A DNA stretch of 23,950 bases from Campylobacterota bacterium. GTDB taxonomy: Bacteria > Campylobacterota > Campylobacteria > Campylobacterales > Sulfurimonadaceae. The first letter of the stretch is position 1. Every line of letters begins with the position of its first letter. Location of the stretch: positions 3,613-27,562 of the forward strand of contig JAYEMF010000005.1 of assembly GCA_034717975.1 (NCBI GenBank). Reading direction: 5' to 3'. Under the pieces are notes generated by a model that saw nothing but the letters and a program-made list of their open reading frames with translations, was not told where the DNA came from and did no database searches. Positions 17,653 to 23,950 of the stretch are shown piece by piece. A program made the translations under genes and the position numbers.

Positions 17653-20010
17653 TTGTCGAAGTGGCTCTCCCTTTTACTCTTCTCCACCCTTCTCTTTTCC
17701 CTTGAACTGAGTGTTCAAAGCGGAAAAGAGTCTTCTCAAAACTTTTCCGTCATCCATCTAAAAGAGAACAAACCTTTTCTCTGCGAATCACAGCAGAATG
17801 ATTTTGACGATACGGTTGAAGTAATCTGTGCTTTTAATCAGCGTCCAAGTGAGCTGCTTAAACCCCTCAATAACAATTTTTTCACTATAAGCTCCCAAAC
17901 CCGTGGCAAGAACTATTTTATCATCATCAAGCCGCATCAGAAGATGAGACTCTATCCGATCATCTTCGATCTGACCCAGGATCAGGAAATTTACCATGCG
18001 GATGTAATCAGTGCCAAACACTGGATGGTCGTAGGGTACAAAGAGCAGCTTCCTATGATCAAACATGATAAAACTCCGTCGCAGGGATTTAATTTTCCGG
18101 TTCACTTTGATTATGATGCCAAACCCTATGTGGGTGGACTGGATATAAAAGGGAACCCTGTACATATGTCCAGTGTTAAAGATGTCAGTGATTATATTGC
18201 TTTGAAGCGTTTTTACCGTGCTAAAGATTACAGGAAGGCTCTTGAGATTTCCAAAGCTGTATTGGAGACTTATCCGGATACCGTTTTTCGAAGCGAACTG
18301 CTGCTTTATCAGATCCGTTCACAGCATCACCTTGAGAAGAATGAAGAGTTGCTGGAAGTGGCTAAAAAGTTTTTGCGTACCTATTCATCGGATGAAAATG
18401 TCCCGGAAGTATTGGCCTATACTGCCAATGCGTATGCTCTGATCGGTCTTTATATCGATGCAGACTATTTCTTTGACAGACTCTTTACAGAGCATCAGGA
18501 TAACCATTTTGCAAAGCTTGGGCTCATCTTTAAGGCGGAACAGCTCGAAGCAACCGGCAACAGCAAGAAAGCATTGACATTCTATGAACAGGCCATGCAT
18601 GAGTCACAGGATATGCATATCGCAGCTACTGCCGCCTATAAACTGGCAAACTATTATATTGAACATGGCCAGGTGAAAAAGGCAAAGATTTATGCAGAAA
18701 AAATACTGAAGAGTTATAGTGTCTATTTTGGCGAACATATCTTGACATCAATTGGGATGGCGAATGCTTTTGCCAATCGTAAACAGCCGGAGATAGCTGC
18801 AGGCATTGCTGATGCACTGCTGAAGAGTATGCAAAAAGGTCAGCTTGGCTACGAAAAACTTTATAAAAACAAGGGTGTCTGGCTGGCTGATTCCGGTCAA
18901 AAAGCCGAGGCGCTTGAAGCCTTTAATGCTTATCTCATGAAATACAAATTCGGTAATTTCCGTGAAGAGGTGATCCGTGAAAAAGATGCACTCTTCTTCG
19001 ATGATGATGATCAGAATGCCACATCCAAACTGGCAGAGTACCAGGGGTTGATGGAACAGTATTCCGGGGATGCCATCGGGAATAAGGCAACGTATAAAAA
19101 AGCGGAACTTCTTTATGCCAAAGGGAATTACCCGGAAGTGTTGGATATGCGCAGTGCCCTCGAAGCGCTGGATCCGGGTCTCTACCCAGATACACAGAAG
19201 CTTATAAAAGATGCTGCTGTAGGTATGATGGAACGAGCCCTGGAAAAGGATGCCTGCACGGATGTGATCGCACTTTCGCAGGAATTTGATGTCAAACTCT
19301 CTTCCAAGTGGGATGCTGGAATCTTCAGCTGTGCCAAGCAAAGCGGTGAATATGAACTGGCAAAGTCCATAGCACAGCCACATCTTAAAGACGCTGATGT
19401 AGGTGATCGCATGGCATGGCTAAGCCGTTACATCGAAGCTGACTTTGGCATGGGGAACTATCAGGATGTTATTACGGCCAGTGATGAACTTTTAACGCTT
19501 AATGCTATGGAAAAAGAGGATTATCGTTATATTCACCGACTCCGCTACGATGCATATCAGCGGCTTGGGAAGAGTGAGGGGATGATCAAGGCGATCACTG
19601 AAGTAGAAAGAGCATACGGCCTGGACTTTAAAGATATCGAACGCTATACGCAGATGGTCACGCTTGCCCAGAGGCAAAAAAGTGATACCCTCATTGAAAA
19701 TTATTCCAATAAGGTAATTGCACTGCAGAATAAGACGAATACCCGTACGCAGTCGCCATATATAGAGTTCACATTGGTCCAGTCGCTCATCGATCTGAAT
19801 AAAACAGAAAAAGCACTGCAGGTAGTCCGCTCTCTGGAAAAAATAAAACTATCAAATGAGAAACGCGCCCGTCAAAAATACCTTGAGGGGACACTGCTGC
19901 AAAAGCTCTCTCGAAACAGTGAAGCTAAAAAAGCCTATGAAGAGAGTATGGAAGCGGATGCAGCATCGGCATGGGGAAAACTGGCGAACGACAGTCTGGA
20001 GTTACTGTAA
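17653..20010 (+). CDS. pflA: Exported TPR-repeat protein, probable paralysed-flagella protein PflA (flagellar motor scaffold)
   Basis: 785 aa, signal peptide, beta-rich N-terminal domain followed by TPR-like helical repeats; strong GGGAGG RBS before TTG; lies directly after nuoN as pflA does in Campylobacter/Helicobacter. Confidence 0.75.
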   Translation: MSKWLSLLLFSTLLFSLELSVQSGKESSQNFSVIHLKENKPFLCESQQNDFDDTVEVICAFNQRPSELLKPLNNNFFTISSQTRGKNYFIIIKPHQKMRLYPIIFDLTQDQEIYHADVISAKHWMVVGYKEQLPMIKHDKTPSQGFNFPVHFDYDAKPYVGGLDIKGNPVHMSSVKDVSDYIALKRFYRAKDYRKALEISKAVLETYPDTVFRSELLLYQIRSQHHLEKNEELLEVAKKFLRTYSSDENVPEVLAYTANAYALIGLYIDADYFFDRLFTEHQDNHFAKLGLIFKAEQLEATGNSKKALTFYEQAMHESQDMHIAATAAYKLANYYIEHGQVKKAKIYAEKILKSYSVYFGEHILTSIGMANAFANRKQPEIAAGIADALLKSMQKGQLGYEKLYKNKGVWLADSGQKAEALEAFNAYLMKYKFGNFREEVIREKDALFFDDDDQNATSKLAEYQGLMEQYSGDAIGNKATYKKAELLYAKGNYPEVLDMRSALEALDPGLYPDTQKLIKDAAVGMMERALEKDACTDVIALSQEFDVKLSSKWDAGIFSCAKQSGEYELAKSIAQPHLKDADVGDRMAWLSRYIEADFGMGNYQDVITASDELLTLNAMEKEDYRYIHRLRYDAYQRLGKSEGMIKAITEVERAYGLDFKDIERYTQMVTLAQRQKSDTLIENYSNKVIALQNKTNTRTQSPYIEFTLVQSLIDLNKTEKALQVVRSLEKIKLSNEKRARQKYLEGTLLQKLSRNSEAKKAYEESMEADAASAWGKLANDSLELL

Positions 20011-20895
20011 CAGCAAACCGGCTTCTTCATAAATCTTCGGGATCGGACATACTCTTTTATCGTTGAACTGATGACGATTAAAGGTCTGCTGCCGTTTGGC
20101 CAGCTGGGCAGTATGGGTGATGACCTTTTCAATCATCTCATCTTTCGTGCTTAAGCCGTCAAGATACTCCAAAACTTCAATAATTCCGATCGCTTTCATA
20201 CTGTTGGGCGAACGTCCATAGTGCAGTTCGAGCCCGGCCACTTCATCGATTAGCCCCAGTTCGACCATCTTATGCGTCCGGGTTTTGATCCGTCCTCTCA
20301 GCACACTGCGCTCGACATCAATTTCAAATAGCGGGAGATCGGTGATGATGGGTTCTGGCGGATGGGCGTTAAACCATGCCGAAGGAGTCATCCCCGACTC
20401 CAGATAGAGCAGCAGCATCTTCTCAATGCGGTAGACATCAGTCGGTGCAATGCTTTGCATATGCTCAGGATCTTCTATCTGGAGCATAGAGTAAGCCGAT
20501 GGAAGATCATTCATAAAAGAAGCAGCTTTTAGCTTTGTTGCATCAGAGATCGCCGGTAGTGGCGAAAGTCCACTCAAAAGGGATTTAAGATAGAAGCCTG
20601 TGCCCCCGACGATGATAAGGTTTTTATTTTCCTGAAGAGCACTTTGTCTTGCATCATGGTAACAGTCGATAAAAGTGGAGACACTGAAGTGCTCGTTTGG
20701 TGCTAAAACATTGATGCCAAAGTGTCTGACAAGAGCCAGCTCATCAGCTGATGGTTTGGCCGAGGCGATATCGATCTCTTTATAGATGCTGAGTGAATCG
20801 ATAGAGAGAATATAGGCATTGTGTTCAAGTGCCAGTTTAAGGGCCAGGTCACTTTTCCCTGATGCCGTAGGACCGATAATCGCAATCGTTTTCAT
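20002..20895 (-). CDS. miaA: tRNA (adenosine-37-N6)-dimethylallyltransferase
   Basis: IIGPTASGKS P-loop, DSLSIYK..DIASAKP, IVGGTGFY and LAKRQ.TF motifs. Confidence 0.96.
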   Translation of the reverse strand: MKTIAIIGPTASGKSDLALKLALEHNAYILSIDSLSIYKEIDIASAKPSADELALVRHFGINVLAPNEHFSVSTFIDCYHDARQSALQENKNLIIVGGTGFYLKSLLSGLSPLPAISDATKLKAASFMNDLPSAYSMLQIEDPEHMQSIAPTDVYRIEKMLLLYLESGMTPSAWFNAHPPEPIITDLPLFEIDVERSVLRGRIKTRTHKMVELGLIDEVAGLELHYGRSPNSMKAIGIIEVLEYLDGLSTKDEMIEKVITHTAQLAKRQQTFNRHQFNDKRVCPIPKIYEEAGLLLQ

Positions 20896-20929
20896 AGTGA
20901 AAGTATAACGGATTTGCTACAATGATGCC
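20896..20929. promoter_or_regulatory. Bidirectional promoter with two back-to-back -10 boxes, probably leaderless in both directions
   Basis: Plus strand TGcTACAAT (20915-20923) and minus strand GtTATACT (20909-20902); each -10 ends exactly 6 nt before a start codon; no Shine-Dalgarno on either side. Confidence 0.65.
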
Positions 20930-21808
20930 ATGTATAAACAGCTCATTGCCCTTTTTCTTTTTCTCTTCATCTTCAGCGGATGTGAACGAATGCTCTTCCA
21001 TCCGGATCATCATGTCTATCGTACACCGGATCATTATCAGCTCAGTTATGAGGAGATTCATTTTAGATCCAAAGATGAGACACTCTTGCATGGATGGTGG
21101 CTGAAACCCAAGGAGGAGTCGAAAGGTCTTATGGTCGTTGTCCACGGCAATGCCCAAAACCTGACATCGCATTTTGAAAGTTGGGTTTGGCTTGTGGAAG
21201 CGGGATATGAACTCTTTATTTTTGATTACCGGGGATATGGTGCTTCCGAGGGAGAGGTAGATATCGAGATGGCGATTGAAGATACGGACGCCGCTCTGCA
21301 TTATGCACAGGAACACTACAATGGTGATCTTTTTGCCTGTGGACAGTCATTGGGTGGTATGCTGCTGATCAATTCCCTGGCAAAAGAGCCCTATCCGGCG
21401 TATCGTTTTGTCATTATAGACAGTACCTACAGTGATTTGGAAGAGATGGGAAAAGAGCTCCTGTCACGCTCTTTTATTACCTGGCCGTTTCAGTGGTTGG
21501 CCTACCCGCTCCTGAGTGATAATTACAACCCAATAGATAAGTTAAACGAGATAGAGCGACCGCTGCTTTTTGTCGCAGGTTCTGAAGATGCCATTATCTC
21601 CCCAAACCAGTCATGGCAGCTTTTTCATGCGGCTTCACGGCCTAAAGAGTTATGGGTTGTTCCCGGTGCGGAGCATATCAGTGCGCTGAATGTTGAAGGG
21701 GTTCAAGAGACATTATTACACTATATGAAAGATTTTCCTGATCACTCAGCACCGAGCACGCTGAAAATCTTTGACAATTTGGATAAAATAACAGAAATAA
21801 AAGAGTAG
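20930..21808 (+). CDS. Lipoprotein alpha/beta-fold serine hydrolase (YfhR/BEM46/ABHD13-like)
   Basis: Lipobox FSG-C at residue 18; HGNA, FDYRGYG.S.G, GQSLGG nucleophile, GSED acid and GAEH histidine motifs. Confidence 0.88.
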   Translation: MYKQLIALFLFLFIFSGCERMLFHPDHHVYRTPDHYQLSYEEIHFRSKDETLLHGWWLKPKEESKGLMVVVHGNAQNLTSHFESWVWLVEAGYELFIFDYRGYGASEGEVDIEMAIEDTDAALHYAQEHYNGDLFACGQSLGGMLLINSLAKEPYPAYRFVIIDSTYSDLEEMGKELLSRSFITWPFQWLAYPLLSDNYNPIDKLNEIERPLLFVAGSEDAIISPNQSWQLFHAASRPKELWVVPGAEHISALNVEGVQETLLHYMKDFPDHSAPSTLKIFDNLDKITEIKE

Positions 21809-21816
21809 GGCCAAAT

Positions 21817-22677
21817 TTGGAACGTGTGATCGGTAAGCTAAAAGACTTTAATGAACTGGTGATGTTCCAGCACTCTATCTTCTCTCTCCCATTTATTTTC
21901 ATTGCGATGATCGTTGCAGCTGATGGCTGGTTTGGCTGGACGCTGCTGGTTCTGGGTGTTCTGGCCGCGGTAACAGCCCGCAACTTTGCCATGGGACTCA
22001 ATCGTTATGCGGATCGTGCCTATGATGCCCAAAATCCGCGTACTGCTTCTCGTCCGAGTGTAGACGGCAGGCTTGACGGAAGTGCCATTATGCTCTTTAC
22101 ACTGGTCAATGCCGCTGTCTTTATTATAGTCGCCTATATGATCAACGATCTCGCCTTCTGGCTCAGTTTTCCTATTCTGGCTGTTTTGGGAAGCTACTCC
22201 TACTTCAAACGTTTCAGCGCCATGGCCCACATCGTTTTGGGTGTCTCTCTGGGTCTGGCACCGATTGCCGGGGTTGTCGCTGTCGAAGCAGCTATACCTC
22301 TCTGGTCGCTGCTGCTCAGTGCCGGGGTGATCTTTTGGGTAGCGGGTTTTGATCTGCTCTATTCGCTTCAGGATATTGATTATGATCAATCTGTGGGACT
22401 CCATTCGATCCCTTCACGTTACGGTGCGGAAGCGACTCTCTTTATCGCATCGATTTTTCATGCAGTGACCGTACTCTTCTGGGCCTTCTTTGTCGGATGC
22501 GCTTCACTGGGTCTCTTTGCCTGGCTGGCGGTGATTATTGCCGCGGTGATGCTTACCTATGAGCACCAGTTGGTACGCAAGGATTTTACAAAGATTGACA
22601 GGGCATTCTTTACTGTTAACGGATATCTGGGTGTCATCTTTTTAGTCATGATCATTGCCGACAGGATAGCAGCATGA
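21817..22677 (+). CDS. mqnP: UbiA-family menaquinone (futalosine pathway) prenyltransferase
   Basis: HSIFSLPF, NRYADRAYDAQNPRTASRP, YSYFKRF, FWVAGFDLLYSLQD and AFFTVNG motifs; TTG start. Confidence 0.9.
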   Translation: MERVIGKLKDFNELVMFQHSIFSLPFIFIAMIVAADGWFGWTLLVLGVLAAVTARNFAMGLNRYADRAYDAQNPRTASRPSVDGRLDGSAIMLFTLVNAAVFIIVAYMINDLAFWLSFPILAVLGSYSYFKRFSAMAHIVLGVSLGLAPIAGVVAVEAAIPLWSLLLSAGVIFWVAGFDLLYSLQDIDYDQSVGLHSIPSRYGAEATLFIASIFHAVTVLFWAFFVGCASLGLFAWLAVIIAAVMLTYEHQLVRKDFTKIDRAFFTVNGYLGVIFLVMIIADRIAA

Positions 22678-23189
22678 GTATTCGTCTCATATCGGCCCCG
22701 ATCAGCCTGCAATATTCACTGCTCTGTGAAAATGAAGAGGGATTTGAACGGGAGTACCATCAGCTGAGTGAGTCCGATGAGGACCCGATCGGGCAGTGGC
22801 TGAAACTGGCAAAGGGCCGCGGTGAGATGGCCGAGACTGACCCGGTACTGCTAAACCTTCTGATTGAACTGCATCGCAAAGTAGATAACCTTGAACGACT
22901 TATCAAAGAGGAGGAGCCAGCCCGTGTTGCGTTGAGTTCATTGGGCGATATTGAGCGTATCGGCTATGGCTTTTTTCAGATGAAAAGTGCCCTGTTCCAA
23001 AAGGGGCAAAGCTACTATGGCCGGATCGAGATGCCGGTGCATCCGAAACGGGACATCGGTGTGTTCTTCAGTGCGGAAGATGAGCGTTTGGCACGTGTAA
23101 CTAAAATGCATTCCCGTGATGAGAAAGAGTGGGGATCGTATCTTACGGCACGCGAACGTGTCATGATCCGTGAGATGAAAGGGAGTTGA
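22674..23189 (+). CDS. Conserved Campylobacterota hypothetical protein, possible degenerate PilZ-like domain
   Basis: ATGA coupling to mqnP; helical DPVLLNLLIELHRKVDNLE segment followed by a beta-rich region and a terminal helix. Confidence 0.7.
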   Translation: MSIRLISAPISLQYSLLCENEEGFEREYHQLSESDEDPIGQWLKLAKGRGEMAETDPVLLNLLIELHRKVDNLERLIKEEEPARVALSSLGDIERIGYGFFQMKSALFQKGQSYYGRIEMPVHPKRDIGVFFSAEDERLARVTKMHSRDEKEWGSYLTARERVMIREMKGS

Positions 23190-23695
23190 TGATAGGTATC
23201 GAATACATCTTGATCGGATTGGCAGCTCTGATGCTCTATCTTATCTACGTCATCATTAGTAAAGATGCCCAGCAAAATAGAAAGATCCGTTCTATCGCAA
23301 CAGCAGTCGAGGAGTTGCATCGACAGTTGTATGCCAGTGAAAAAAAGATCAATCAGCAGATCGATCAACTCGCATCACTGGAACCGCCAATGAGCCGCTC
23401 CGAGATCGAACAGAAGTTAGAGCAGAGCAGTTATGCTACGGCTGTTCCGGTCGCACAGAGTATTGAGGAGATTCAACGGGGATTTGATGCTTTCAAGTCG
23501 GACATCACCAAGCGCCTGCATCAAGTCGAAGACGGTATGCGCAGCCTCTCTATGCCATCATCGGTCAGCAACATGGATGATGAGAAGATCATCGCTCTTT
23601 TTAAGCAGGGTGTCCCCCTTGAAACCATTGCCAAAGAGCTGCACCTCTCCAAACCGGAAGTCGAATTTGTGCTGAAGATCAATAGAATTCGCTAG
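23189..23695 (+). CDS. Single-pass membrane coiled-coil protein with C-terminal HTH-like domain (DUF6115/DUF2802, SwrB/FipA-like)
   Basis: N-terminal TM helix, heptad-rich middle, C-terminal IIALFKQGVPLETIAKELHLSKPEVEFVLKI; TGATG coupling. Confidence 0.75.
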   Translation: MIGIEYILIGLAALMLYLIYVIISKDAQQNRKIRSIATAVEELHRQLYASEKKINQQIDQLASLEPPMSRSEIEQKLEQSSYATAVPVAQSIEEIQRGFDAFKSDITKRLHQVEDGMRSLSMPSSVSNMDDEKIIALFKQGVPLETIAKELHLSKPEVEFVLKINRIR

Positions 23696-23729
23696 AAAGT
23701 CTTATTTTTAGCTTTCTGTAAGAAACAAG

Positions 23730-23738
23730 TGCTATAAT
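23730..23738 (+). promoter_or_regulatory. Extended -10 promoter of the tRNA gene
   Basis: Consensus TGcTATAAT 25 nt upstream of the tRNA 5' end, with T-rich upstream sequence. Confidence 0.75.
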
Positions 23739-23763
23739 TTCGGTCTCTTAAATGAGATGATGT

Positions 23764-23840
23764 GCGCTCGTAGCTCAGCTGGATAGAGCATCGGTTTGCG
23801 GTACCGAAGGTCACAGGTTCGACTCCTGTCGGGCGCACCA
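23764..23840 (+). tRNA. tRNA-Arg (anticodon GCG)
   Basis: 77 nt; acceptor stem GCGCTCG/CGGGCGC; D-arm GCTC-AGCTGGATA-GAGC; anticodon stem TCGGT/ACCGA with loop TT-GCG-GT; T-arm ACAGG-TTCGACT-CCTGT; encoded CCA. Confidence 0.98.
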
Positions 23841-23950
23841 TTACTTCTTTATAAACCTCCTATTTACGATACTTTTACAACTTTTTGAATGAACTGAATA
23901 CTATGTTGACCTGTGGATTTCTATACTGAAGGTCATGGTGATTTGGCTCG

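Noticed and set aside
278..23675. Numerous antisense and off-frame ORFs in the track (e.g. 6576-7364, 15555-16151, 18748-19383, 21838-22404)
   Set aside because: They lie within well-supported genes, have no recognisable motifs and are explained by codon bias on the coding strand.
23841..23950. Possible integrative element at the tRNA 3' end and a weak TGACCT/AGGTCA dyad (23907-23935)
   Set aside because: No integrase or duplicated tRNA end within the window; only 110 nt are visible and the dyad is short.

Overview
Campylobacterota (epsilonproteobacterial, probably Sulfurimonas/Sulfuricurvum-like) chromosomal region. About 17.4 kb is a complex I (nuo) operon: nuoA-B-C-D, the small Cys-free epsilon-type NuoE replacement (NuoX), a 664-aa GltD/SfrB-like FAD/NADPH oxidoreductase in the slot where nuoF/nuoY normally sits, two full-length divergent nuoG paralogues in tandem, then nuoH-I-J-K-L-M-N. 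Downstream are a PflA-like TPR protein, miaA (minus strand), a lipoprotein alpha/beta hydrolase, mqnP, a PilZ-like hypothetical protein, a SwrB/FipA-like membrane protein and tRNA-Arg(GCG). The most interesting element is the rebuilt electron-input arm of complex I (NuoX + SfrB-like NADPH flavoprotein + two NuoG), which suggests an NADP(H)-linked or dual-input complex I. A 34-bp bidirectional, probably leaderless promoter and several inverted repeats in the nuo leader are also notable. No mobile elements or CRISPR arrays were seen. Family assignments come from motif recognition and recall, not from database searches.
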